From an uncultured cyanobacterium (GTDB lineage Bacteria; Cyanobacteriota; Cyanobacteriia; Cyanobacteriales; Cyanobacteriaceae): a stretch of DNA of 64,000 nt. Both the position numbers and the translations under genes were made by a program. Position 1 is the first letter of the stretch, and each line of letters begins with the position of its first letter. The stretch spans positions 448,001 through 512,000 of the forward strand of contig CAVVOP010000021.1 in assembly GCA_963749915.1 (NCBI GenBank), read 5' to 3'. This document shows positions 51,779 to 60,775 of the stretch, piece by piece. Below the pieces are notes generated by a model. That model made no database searches and was not told the DNA's origin. It worked only from the letters and a program-made list of their open reading frames with translations.

Positions 51779-52384
51779 TTGATCGATTCTAACCACACAA
51801 AACTGGTGAGTGAAATGCATAGTATAGCGGAACTTTGCGATAATCTCGTAACAGCTTATGAAGCTAAAGGGCAGGCGGTCTCTCAAAACCTGAAGCCCGG
51901 TATTTCCGAGTCTGCATATGCCAGGGCCATTGGTTTTGACCTCCAAGAGATCCCGCCTGCTGTGCTCAAGCTGTATCAATGGCGCAACGGTTGCGCCGAT
52001 GAAGAGGCTGAAGCGCTGTTTTTATTTAGAGACAACTGCTTCATCAGTGCCGAGCGAGGCAAAGAAGAACTCAACCAAATCAGAAAGTTCTATAGCGCTG
52101 ACGATGAGGATCGATTTGACCTTAGTCGCGTGATTCCCATCGCTGCTTTCGAGGGTTCAGTATTCGCAGTGATAACTGGCAAACATAACTTTGGACCTGA
52201 ACTCGAGTATCCGGTCGTCAGTATCTTTGAAGGCATTGACCTGTTGTTCAGCTCTATTGAGGCCATGTTGCATACCTGCATTGCCTGGGTCGCTCACCCT
52301 GACTGGGATCCTTATGATGCACTTCCCAGGGATGTAGAACTTGAGATTTGGAAGCGGTTGAATCCGGCAGTAGACCTGGGGTGA
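51779..52384 (+). CDS. SMI1/KNR4 (SUKH) family protein, cassette gene
   Basis: LKPGISE...IPPAVLKLYQWRNG, IPIA; start may be the ATG at 51815. Confidence 0.75.
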   Translation: MIDSNHTKLVSEMHSIAELCDNLVTAYEAKGQAVSQNLKPGISESAYARAIGFDLQEIPPAVLKLYQWRNGCADEEAEALFLFRDNCFISAERGKEELNQIRKFYSADDEDRFDLSRVIPIAAFEGSVFAVITGKHNFGPELEYPVVSIFEGIDLLFSSIEAMLHTCIAWVAHPDWDPYDALPRDVELEIWKRLNPAVDLG

Positions 52385-52439
52385 TAGCCAATCCCGCTGC
52401 CAATCGCCACATTACATTAGTTTGTTCTTCAGCTAAAGT

Positions 52440-52559
52440 AAAGCCACCTAAAACGTTCCCCTCAAAACGGCTCAGTCTTTAAAATTACAGGGGCAGCCAG
52501 ATTGGTCAGAGAAAATTGACCAATATTTATACGAGGAAACTCTCTCCAACAATGATTGA
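52440..52559 (+). pseudogene. Antitoxin remnant
   Basis: LKTAQSLKLQGQPDWSEKIDQYLYEE..* overlaps the PIN gene start; no intact 5' end. Confidence 0.55.
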
Positions 52560-52849
52560 AGTTTTTTTAGATACTTCTTTTGCGATCGCCTTATCTTCTG
52601 TCACCGATCGAAATCATGAACTGGCTGTTAAACTTGCCAATCAACTTGGGACTGACGGAAACCGTTTGGTCACAACTCAGGCGATTTTGCTGGAAATAGG
52701 TAATTCGCTTTCTAAACAAAAATACAGGGCAGCGGCAATCCAACTTTTGGAATCTCTCGAAACTGACCCCTGTGTCGAAGTCGTTTTATTAACTGACAAC
52801 CGATATCCATTTTCAGCAGGCAGGTTTTCGAGCATTGTTAAGGGACTAA
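52552..52849 (+). pseudogene. vapC: VapC/PIN toxin with internal deletion and frameshift
   Basis: VFLDTSF..TTQAILLE N-terminus; C-terminus LTTDIHFQQAGFRALLRD* in another frame. Confidence 0.8.
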
Positions 52850-52988
52850 TCCTCTTACATGAATCCTAACTTAGCCGTTATTTTGAAAAAAAGAGGAAGG
52901 CATTTACGATATTGAGTGCTTTTTATTTGATCTTATCTCACTGCAAATGCGAGCTTGCTTACTATGTTAACTTAGTTTTAGTGAAAAG

Positions 52989-53047
52989 GCGATCCCGCAG
53001 GGATCTGCTTCGCAGGGCGCATCTTTGATGCAGCACTACGCGATCGC
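52989..53047. repeat. Small dispersed repeats associated with HIP1 (SDR5-like)
   Basis: GCGATCCCGCAGGGATCTGCTTCGCA and GCGCATCTTTGATGCAGCACTACGCGATCGC, short hairpins built on HIP1 halves. Confidence 0.5.
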
Positions 53048-53062
53048 ACTGAATACGTATTA

Positions 53063-53161
53063 TCAAGAAAAGAGATAGCTTTTCTCTGTCTTATAGTAAT
53101 AATGTTTCACCCAAATTACATTTCTAACTTGTTCGAGCAATTTTTGAGGAGGTTTTGACAT
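53063..53161 (-). pseudogene. intI: Integron integrase N-terminal relic
   Basis: MSKPPQKLLEQVRNVIWVKHYYYKTEKSYLFS* matches the IntI N-terminal pattern KLLxQVRxxIRxKHYSxxTExxY; divergent from attI. Confidence 0.8.
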
Positions 53162-53190
53162 AGAATGATATTCAGAAAAAGTCTTGATAT

Positions 53191-53355
53191 TATGACTATT
53201 TGGTATGTTACCCAGAAAGTTTCTGGCTATTATCAAAAAATATACGGAAAATTTCGTGATATCATTCTATATGGGTTTGATATCCAGAAAGTTTCAGCTT
53301 TTTGTGCTGTAATAGTTAGCTAGAAGGAAAGTTTCTTTATAATATATAGTTATGC
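53191..53355 (+). other. attI-like integron platform, copy B
   Basis: GAAA(G/A)TTTC boxes at 53215, 53247, 53287, 53327; TATAAT at 53338; core GTTATGC at 53349. Confidence 0.78.
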
Positions 53356-53398
53356 CCCCCAAAAAACAACGACTATCACATCCACAATCCAAATAAAG

Positions 53399-54115
53399 AT
53401 GCGAAATCGTTTTTTGCTATCCATCTTTACACTCGCAGCTCTGGTAATTTGCACTGCGCACCGATCTGTAGCGCAGAACAAGTCTGCTAATGGCGATGTC
53501 ACATCTGCAACACTATCGGACATTGCCAATCTAATCACGTCCATTGCGCAGATCCTTTGGCCTGTGCTATTCCTGATTCTTCTTTTCTTACTCCGTCACC
53601 AAATTCGCGCTTGGTTCGAATCGGGGGCGGAAATTGCTTGGGAGTTCATGGGCAATAAGCTCGTTGTGAAGCCATCACAAGTCGTTAGACCACCAGTTGG
53701 CGAGAGTGCCGAATCTGTGCAGTTATCTGCTATTGAGTCGCGTGACCCAATACCGGTTGATTACTATTTCATAAACCACACATCCTTCCTTCGTCTGGAC
53801 AAGCAAGCGGAATTCCAGACTCGGACAGGCGTTAAAGCCCCCCACTACGATATCCGCGTGATCGTAGATTCTTACTATCGCGGTGCGTTAGACCGAGTAA
53901 AGTATGTGAAATATCTGCTACATCCAGCATATCCGGAACCAATTCAAATCCGTTCACAGGCAGCGAACAAGTTTTTGCTTAAAGAACTCGCAAATGGTGA
54001 GTATGTCCTCATCGCACAGGTGTATCTGAAAGATCGTAAAGAACCCCTCATTCTTCAACGTTATATTACTTTGTACAAAGACGGTCCCAGATTGGATATT
54101 CCGCACGAGGCATAA
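53399..54115 (+). CDS. Membrane-anchored pYEATS-domain protein, cassette gene
   Basis: Signal/TM N-terminus; LDRVKYVKYLLHPAYPEP...KFLLKELANGEY; stop codon lies inside the attC R'' box. Confidence 0.72.
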   Translation: MRNRFLLSIFTLAALVICTAHRSVAQNKSANGDVTSATLSDIANLITSIAQILWPVLFLILLFLLRHQIRAWFESGAEIAWEFMGNKLVVKPSQVVRPPVGESAESVQLSAIESRDPIPVDYYFINHTSFLRLDKQAEFQTRTGVKAPHYDIRVIVDSYYRGALDRVKYVKYLLHPAYPEPIQIRSQAANKFLLKELANGEYVLIAQVYLKDRKEPLILQRYITLYKDGPRLDIPHEA

Positions 54116-54193
54116 CCAGGCGATGGAGCTGCTATTTCGAGGTTTTTCGCTTCGTTTTAGTTTTTTCGTCGCCGCTCATCTTTGTCGTTATAC
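54110..54193 (+). other. attC recombination site (84 bp)
   Basis: GCATAAC (exact complement of GTTATGC at 53349), GATG(G)AGC/GCTCATC, GTTATAC. Confidence 0.88.
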
Positions 54194-54244
54194 CGCCATT
54201 TTTCCATGTACAGTGAGCTACATGTAGGCGTAAAAATTGGTTCG

Positions 54245-54733
54245 ATGAGCAACAAGGTGATACATGAGTTTACGCGTTGAAATAGATGGGAGTTGGTCAG
54301 CGGAAGATTTTGCGCGAATGTTTGCTTCAGTAAATGACATTCTCCGCTTTGCCGATTACCGCGAAGATTGCGAGGCAGATTTGCCCTTCAACAATCTATG
54401 TTTGGCGTAAGCTTGACGAAACTGATTGATGGAGCAAATCTTGCTCGTTCCTTTGAATCTCTGGAAAGTGATGAAGGCTTAATGGTGCCCCGTTGCACAT
54501 ACGCTTCGCCAGGGGTTACAGATTTCACAGGTTTAGGACAAGCATTAGGTCATCTCAAAGACGTAATTATCAAGCTAATTGATGTCAAGGCTGCATCTCG
54601 TGAAAGAAACATAAGAAATCAGATATTGGAAGAAGAGTTACAGGCAGCCGCACTAAAAAACGTGCGTGAAAAGATAGCGATATTAAAGGAGCCCTCCTTC
54701 TGCCTTCTGCCTTTCAACTCCTGCCTTCTTTAA
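54245..54733 (+). pseudogene. Frameshifted and truncated cassette gene
   Basis: MSLRVEIDGSWSAEDF.. at 54264 stops early; continues in the 54368-54733 frame (YASPGVTDFTGLG) and runs into TGCCTTC host repeats; no attC. Confidence 0.6.
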
Positions 54734-54742
54734 TCATCAACT

Positions 54743-55483
54743 TTATGGGCAATTTTCAGATTCTGTGGTTTTTACTTCTACTTTTTCATAACCTGCAATT
54801 TGCATTAATCGACTAATTAAAATTACTGCTTTTTCGTTGGCCTGATCTAAGATTTTTTGCTGACAAGCGGTTTCTTTTATTTTTATTAAAGTTTGACGCT
54901 GTGCTTGGGTTTGTAATTGTGGGGCCACATCAGGGCCTAAGTTGAGAAAACCTCGGTCGTAATCATACACTTGGGATTGATTGACGTCTATTTTTTCCTC
55001 AATAATTTCTGGTGCTGGTAATGTGATTTTAAGTTTATTTCCGTCAATGAGAATATCTTTAGCCCTCATGTTACTTAAATCTAATCCTGCTTTTACCTCT
55101 CCTCTGGCTACATAAAGTAAATTTGTTTTGCCGATGACGATATTACCCAATTTACGACTAGATGAAGTTGGCACAATAGCATCCATGACAAACTTTATGG
55201 TGGTTAATTCACTAATGGCTTGAACTTGTTTGACAATTAAATGAGGGTTATTGATTTGTGGGGGGGTAATTTCGTGATCAATAATCTGGATTATCCCCTG
55301 TAAAGTGTTATGTGCACTCTTCCAAACTCCCAATACACCGAAAAGAATTATCAAGGTTAAACTGCTGGTCATCAAAGCAGTGTTTTTCAACAGCCGGGAA
55401 CTGAAAATAAATGGTTTAGAACTGTTCATCAAAAGAAAAGGATACTTTTTGCAATTCTGAATATTATAACTGAGACTTTGCAT
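54743..55483 (-). CDS. DUF4230 domain protein
   Basis: ARGEVKAGLDL, ITLPAPEI, ILDQANEKA. Confidence 0.8.
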   Translation of the reverse strand: MQSLSYNIQNCKKYPFLLMNSSKPFIFSSRLLKNTALMTSSLTLIILFGVLGVWKSAHNTLQGIIQIIDHEITPPQINNPHLIVKQVQAISELTTIKFVMDAIVPTSSSRKLGNIVIGKTNLLYVARGEVKAGLDLSNMRAKDILIDGNKLKITLPAPEIIEEKIDVNQSQVYDYDRGFLNLGPDVAPQLQTQAQRQTLIKIKETACQQKILDQANEKAVILISRLMQIAGYEKVEVKTTESENCP

Positions 55484-55649
55484 CAGTACAAAAATTGACC
55501 GTATTCGTCAACAAAATCAGTAACTACCTTTGAGTAGTAAAATATTTGAAGAGAATTAATTACCAAGCCCTATTAAAATAAAAACTTGCTAATTAGACAA
55601 TATAAATTGATTAAGTTCTCTGTTCTAAGGGAATATATACTGAACTTTT

Positions 55650-56504
55650 ATGATAACCGAAAAAATTTTTGGCAAAAAAAATCCTGTTATTGGTGTCGTT
55701 CATTTATTACCTTTACCGACCTCCGCTAGGTGGAGGGGCAGTTTACGGGCAGTAATGGAAAGGGCTGAACAAGAGGCTACAGCTTTAGCCGCAGGGGGTG
55801 TTGATGGTATTATTATCGAAAATTTTTTTGATGCACCTTTTACTAAAGATAATGTAGATCCTGCTGTGGTTAGTTCTATGACTTTAATAGTTGATCACAT
55901 TATGAGTTTAGTCATGTTACCCATTGGCTTAAATGTACTGCGAAATGATGCTAAAAGTGCTTTGGCGATCGCCTCCTGTGTTGGTGCAAGTTTTATTCGG
56001 GTAAATGTCTATACGGGAGTAATGGCAACAGATCAAGGTTTAATTGAAGGAAAAGCCCACGAAGTCCAACGATATCGTCGAGAATTGGGGGATGATATCG
56101 CCATTTTCGCCGATGTTTTAGTGAAACACGCCCGTCCTTTAGGTACTCCTAATTTAACCACTGCGGTACAAGATACCATTGAAAGAGGTTTAGCTGACGC
56201 AGTAATTTTATCAGGATGGTCAACGGGGTTACCTCCTAGCATAGAAGATTTAGAATTAGCACAATCCGCCGCCAAAGGTACACCAGTATTTATTGGTAGC
56301 GGTGCTACACCGGAAAATATCGCCGATTTGATGACTTTTGCTGACGGAGTGATTGTCTCAAGTTCCTTAAAACGTCATGGTAAAATTAACGAAACCATTG
56401 ATCCCAGCAGGGTTTCACGGTTTATTGAAGCGGCACAAACTCCCATAGCTTCCCCCGAGTCTGCTTCTTCTCCCGCCACAAAAACAGCTGATCAAGCCTC
56501 ATAA
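55650..56504 (+). CDS. btpA: Photosystem I biogenesis protein BtpA
   Basis: IGVVHLLPLP, ENFFDAPF, NVLRND, DVLVKHA. Confidence 0.92.
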   Translation: MITEKIFGKKNPVIGVVHLLPLPTSARWRGSLRAVMERAEQEATALAAGGVDGIIIENFFDAPFTKDNVDPAVVSSMTLIVDHIMSLVMLPIGLNVLRNDAKSALAIASCVGASFIRVNVYTGVMATDQGLIEGKAHEVQRYRRELGDDIAIFADVLVKHARPLGTPNLTTAVQDTIERGLADAVILSGWSTGLPPSIEDLELAQSAAKGTPVFIGSGATPENIADLMTFADGVIVSSSLKRHGKINETIDPSRVSRFIEAAQTPIASPESASSPATKTADQAS

Positions 56505-56558
56505 TTAAACTGTTAAAATTCAGATAAACATTAATTTAATTCTCTATAGATAATCATT

Positions 56559-57566
56559 ATGCTTCGTCGTCGTCGTAACCTGCCTTGGATTCAGCGCAAA
56601 TCTCGATTTATCATTGGTACGATCGCCATTGTCGGTTTAATCTTAACCATCTATCTAACTATTATCAAACTAATGGGAGGAGATGTTGCTTGTACTGCTG
56701 ATGCCGCCGGTGGCTGTGATAGCGTGTTAAATAGTTCTTATGCTTATCCTCTCGATCCTCAAGGTAAAACAGGCCCACCTTTGAGTATATTCGGTTCATT
56801 AGCTTATCTTAGCATGGCTATGTTTGCCTTAACCCCTTTATTTATTAACCCCGAAAAAAACAAAGAATTAAGACAAAAATTAGAAAAATCTACCTGGTGG
56901 CTAATGCTGGTGGGTAGCTTTACTATGGCGGCTTTTAGTCTTTATCTAATGTATGTTTTAGCCTTCAAAATTCAAGCAGTATGCCCTTATTGTATTGGTT
57001 CAGCGTTATTTTCCTTGACTTTGCTAACATTAACTATTGTTGGTCATGATTGGGAAGATATGGGACAAATTTTATTTACAGGAATGACAGCGGTATTGAT
57101 TACTCTCGTTAGTGCGGTGGGAGTTTACTCTAATGTTAACACCGTAGTGACAGAAGATCCTGCCGTAGAGTTGGCTGCCGGGGAAAAAATACCAGTTCCT
57201 CAAGCACAAACAGCACCACAACCGCCTTTGGGGTGGGATATAACTACTACTTCAGGAGAAGCTGAAATTTCTTTAGCAAAGCACTTGGCTTCTAAAGGTG
57301 CAGTAATGTATTCTGCTTATTGGTGTCCTCATTGTTACGAACAAAAACAGCTTTTTGGCAAAGAAGCATTTAAAGAAGTTGGTAAGATAGAATGTGATCC
57401 CAAGGGTATTGCACCTGCACCTCAAAAATGTGTGGATGCTAAAATTCGAGCTTTTCCTACGTGGATTATTGATGGGAAAATTCATGAGGGTGTGCAAACT
57501 TTGGACCAATTGGCAAAATTAACTGGTTATACTGGCGAGATGAATTTTAAATACACAATGCCATAA
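56559..57566 (+). CDS. VKOR-thioredoxin fusion (thiol oxidoreductase)
   Basis: GCDSVLNSSYA and CPYC in VKOR; WCPHC in the Trx domain. Confidence 0.92.
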   Translation: MLRRRRNLPWIQRKSRFIIGTIAIVGLILTIYLTIIKLMGGDVACTADAAGGCDSVLNSSYAYPLDPQGKTGPPLSIFGSLAYLSMAMFALTPLFINPEKNKELRQKLEKSTWWLMLVGSFTMAAFSLYLMYVLAFKIQAVCPYCIGSALFSLTLLTLTIVGHDWEDMGQILFTGMTAVLITLVSAVGVYSNVNTVVTEDPAVELAAGEKIPVPQAQTAPQPPLGWDITTTSGEAEISLAKHLASKGAVMYSAYWCPHCYEQKQLFGKEAFKEVGKIECDPKGIAPAPQKCVDAKIRAFPTWIIDGKIHEGVQTLDQLAKLTGYTGEMNFKYTMP

Positions 57567-57584
57567 TCAATTAACAATTAACAA

Positions 57585-58751
57585 TTAACAATTGCCAATT
57601 CTTCCCCAATGTAATTTCTTTTGTTGATTATCCCATTGCCAACGGATTAAATTAGCGGGGGAGTTTACCTGTAAAGTTGGCAAATTAATAGCTTTACGGG
57701 GTGCATCAGTGACAAGAGCGATCGCCTGTTCTACATCACAAATACCCCATTTAACCAAATTTTCTGCCCCGACCAATAAGGGTAAAGTAGTGCCAGATAA
57801 TGTGCCATCAGGTAATCTAGCAGTGCCGTTTTTTACCTCAATAGTGCGCTCATCCCAAGGGTAAAAACCTTCAGATAATCCTATGGGCGATAAAGCATCA
57901 CTCACTAAAAAAATCCCCTGCTGATAATTGCTAGCTTGTAAAATTAGCTTTAACATCGTCCGACAAACATGATTACCGTCAGCGATTAAACCACAATAAA
58001 CATAGGGATTAATAATGGCTTCACCTAATAGTCCGGGTTGCCGATGATGAAGGTTAGGCATGGCATTAAAAGCATGTGTTACCATAGAAGCACCTTGCTC
58101 AAAAGCATCCTTAGCCTGTTGTGCCGTTGCCAGAGAATGCCCTAAACTAATGACAATACCCTGAGAATGTAAAAAGGGAATAACGTCTCCCTTGGTGTCT
58201 AATTCTGGTGCAAGGGTGATAATTTTAACAATATTAATATATTCTCCCAAAACTTGTTTAACATTATCTAAAGTTAGGGGTAGTAAATATTCCGCAGGAT
58301 GAGCTCCTCTTTTATCATAATTTAAAAAAGGTCCTTCTAAATGAACGCCAATTATTTTCGCTTGTTGAGGTTTTTTGGGTAAATTTATATGCTCATTAAT
58401 TACCCTTAAAGATTGATGAATTTTTGTGATTGAAGTTGTCACGATAGTGGGTAAAAATTGATCGACTCCCACTCGCCATAAATAAACACAAATTTCCTCA
58501 AGTTTATTCAGATCTTCAAGGGTTAAGTCGGGAAAAGCTAGCCCTAAACAGCCATTAATTTGTAAATCTACCCCCCCTAAGGAAAGCCAATCACTTTGTA
58601 AATCTAAATCCCCTTGAGGACATAAATTAGTATCTTTTATAGAAGTAATTAAATTATTTTCAATGGTGATAGTCTGTAAATTTTCATAACCAATTAATCG
58701 GGCATTGGTGATAGCTTTAGTAATAATCTTTTTAACTGCCATATTTTCCAT
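57585..58751 (-). CDS. nagA: N-acetylglucosamine-6-phosphate deacetylase
   Basis: HLEGPF, GAHP, TLAPE, LGHS, THAFNAM, IADGNH. Confidence 0.93.
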   Translation of the reverse strand: MENMAVKKIITKAITNARLIGYENLQTITIENNLITSIKDTNLCPQGDLDLQSDWLSLGGVDLQINGCLGLAFPDLTLEDLNKLEEICVYLWRVGVDQFLPTIVTTSITKIHQSLRVINEHINLPKKPQQAKIIGVHLEGPFLNYDKRGAHPAEYLLPLTLDNVKQVLGEYINIVKIITLAPELDTKGDVIPFLHSQGIVISLGHSLATAQQAKDAFEQGASMVTHAFNAMPNLHHRQPGLLGEAIINPYVYCGLIADGNHVCRTMLKLILQASNYQQGIFLVSDALSPIGLSEGFYPWDERTIEVKNGTARLPDGTLSGTTLPLLVGAENLVKWGICDVEQAIALVTDAPRKAINLPTLQVNSPANLIRWQWDNQQKKLHWGRIGNC

Positions 58752-58925
58752 ATATCCATATAGGATCTTCTATATTATTAGACGTCATTATTAAACTTCT
58801 TAAAGGGTATTTTTCCATATTATCCATATTATCCATTGATTTAGCTTATTGGAGAAAAAAAAGACGCAAATTTGCCATATAATTGAAGATGTTGACCTAC
58901 TGAGTTATTCAAGAGAGATAAATCA

Positions 58926-59429
58926 ATGATCGAAATGAAGGTAGCGGCAATAGCTTTAGATGCTGTGACTCGCAGTCCTATAGTACTTTTAAAGGATGCT
59001 ACTGGGCGCCGTGCCTTACCAATATATGTAGGGCAAGATCAAGCCAGATCTATTATTGGAGTATTAGAGCAACAACAACCCCCTCGCCCTATTACTCATG
59101 ATTTGATAGTTAATATCTTTTCGGCTTGGAATTTAAAATTAGATAAAGTTATCATTAACTCACTACAGGACAACACTTTTTATGCTTTATTATGTATGAA
59201 ATTGGGCAAAAAAGAGAAAAATATTGATTGTCGTCCCAGTGACGCGATCGCTATTGCTGTGCGTACAGGATGTCCGATTTGGGTAATGGAAGAAGTGCTT
59301 TTAAATGCTTCGATTCCCGTCGATAGAGAAGCGGATGATGAAGAAAGAGAGGCTTTTCGGGATTTTGTCGCCAATTTAAGTCCAGAAGAACTAATTCGCC
59401 GTGCCAGAAAAAGCAGTGAGGAAAGTTAA
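58926..59429 (+). CDS. Bifunctional nuclease family (DUF151)
   Basis: LPIYVG, PRPITHDL, DCRPSDAIAIA. Confidence 0.9.
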   Translation: MIEMKVAAIALDAVTRSPIVLLKDATGRRALPIYVGQDQARSIIGVLEQQQPPRPITHDLIVNIFSAWNLKLDKVIINSLQDNTFYALLCMKLGKKEKNIDCRPSDAIAIAVRTGCPIWVMEEVLLNASIPVDREADDEEREAFRDFVANLSPEELIRRARKSSEES

Positions 59430-59468
59430 CAATTAACAATTAACAATTAACAATTAACAATTAACAAT
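59427..59468 (+). repeat. Heptamer short tandem repeat (TAACAAT)n
   Basis: About six tandem copies; the same unit occurs at 57570-57592 and, reversed, at 40934-40955. Confidence 0.85.
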
Positions 59469-59529
59469 TTTAAGGGGATGATGAACTTGATATTTATGCT
59501 CTTGAAGATGGAGAACTGATAAAATTAAG

Positions 59530-60657
59530 ATGAAATATCGCCGTTTTGGGAAAACTGAGCTAAATTTATCGGTGTTTTCCCTAGGTTTAATGGGTTGTTG
59601 TTATGCACAATCTCAGTTATTAGAAACCGTTAAAAAGGCTTTAGAATTAGGAATAAATCATCTCGAAACCGCTAGAGGTTATGGGGAAAGTGAGGCATTT
59701 TTAGGGATAGCTTTAAAAAACTTAAATATTGCTCGTGAAAAGATCTTTATTACCACTAAATTTACTCCTATTAATGATGGTAAAATCGTACAACAGTGGC
59801 TAGATGAATCTTTATTTCGTTTAGGTGTTGATTATATTGACAATATCGCAATTCACGGGATTAATACATGGCAACATTTAGAATTATTAACCCAAGAAAA
59901 TAGTTGTTTAACATTTTTACAAGAGGCAAAAAAAAAGGGTAAAATAAAGCATATTGGTTTTTCAACTCACGGTAGTTTAGAGTTAATTTCAGCAACAATT
60001 TCTACGGGTTTTTTCGAGTTTGTTAATCTCCATTATTATTATTTTTTTCAACGTCATGCACTTATTATTGAATTAGCCAAAAAAGAAGATTTAGGAATTT
60101 TTATTATTTCTCCGGCAGACAAAGGTGGACGTTTACATCAACCTTCGGCGAAATTAAGCCAAATTTGTCAACCTTTTGCCCCTTTGCTCTTAAATTATCG
60201 TTTTCTCTTGAGTGATTGCCGAATTACAACCCTAAGCGTTGGTCCGAGTAACCCTGATGAATTAATTACTCCGTTATCGGTAGCCGATAATGATCAAGAA
60301 TTAACGACTTTAGAGTTAGCAACCTTCGAGAAGATAGAAAAAAATCTCGCAAATACTTTAAAAAGCGATCGTTGTTTACAATGTTATCAATGCTTACCTT
60401 GTCCTGAAAATATTAACATCCCTGAAATTTTGAGACTCCGTAACTTAGGAGTTGGTTTGGAGATGGCGGAATACGCAAGTTATCGTTATCAGATGTTAGA
60501 AAATGCCGGACATTGGTTTTGGGGTCAAAAAGCTGATAAATGTACGGATTGTGGTGAATGTTTGCCAAAGTGCCCTGAAAATCTCAACATTCCCGAATTA
60601 TTAAGAGATAGTCATACTAGATTTAATGGTAGTGCAAGGCGACGTTTATGGGAATAA
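59530..60657 (+). CDS. Aldo/keto reductase with C-terminal 4Fe-4S domain
   Basis: ETARGYG, IGFSTH, CLQCYQCLPCP, CTDCGECLPKCP. Confidence 0.9.
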   Translation: MKYRRFGKTELNLSVFSLGLMGCCYAQSQLLETVKKALELGINHLETARGYGESEAFLGIALKNLNIAREKIFITTKFTPINDGKIVQQWLDESLFRLGVDYIDNIAIHGINTWQHLELLTQENSCLTFLQEAKKKGKIKHIGFSTHGSLELISATISTGFFEFVNLHYYYFFQRHALIIELAKKEDLGIFIISPADKGGRLHQPSAKLSQICQPFAPLLLNYRFLLSDCRITTLSVGPSNPDELITPLSVADNDQELTTLELATFEKIEKNLANTLKSDRCLQCYQCLPCPENINIPEILRLRNLGVGLEMAEYASYRYQMLENAGHWFWGQKADKCTDCGECLPKCPENLNIPELLRDSHTRFNGSARRRLWE

Positions 60658-60775
60658 TAAGGGATTGAAAATATAGAGTAAAAGATTGATTGGTAATCAT
60701 AGTAAAAACTTCTTTTTCCTTGATCACCAATCGCAATTTTTGAATAATTAATACCATTTTCTTCGCCTTTATACT

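Noticed and set aside
49660..54740. tRNA-Pro-anchored prophage or ICE
   Set aside because: No duplicated tRNA 3' end, intact integrase or phage/conjugation genes seen
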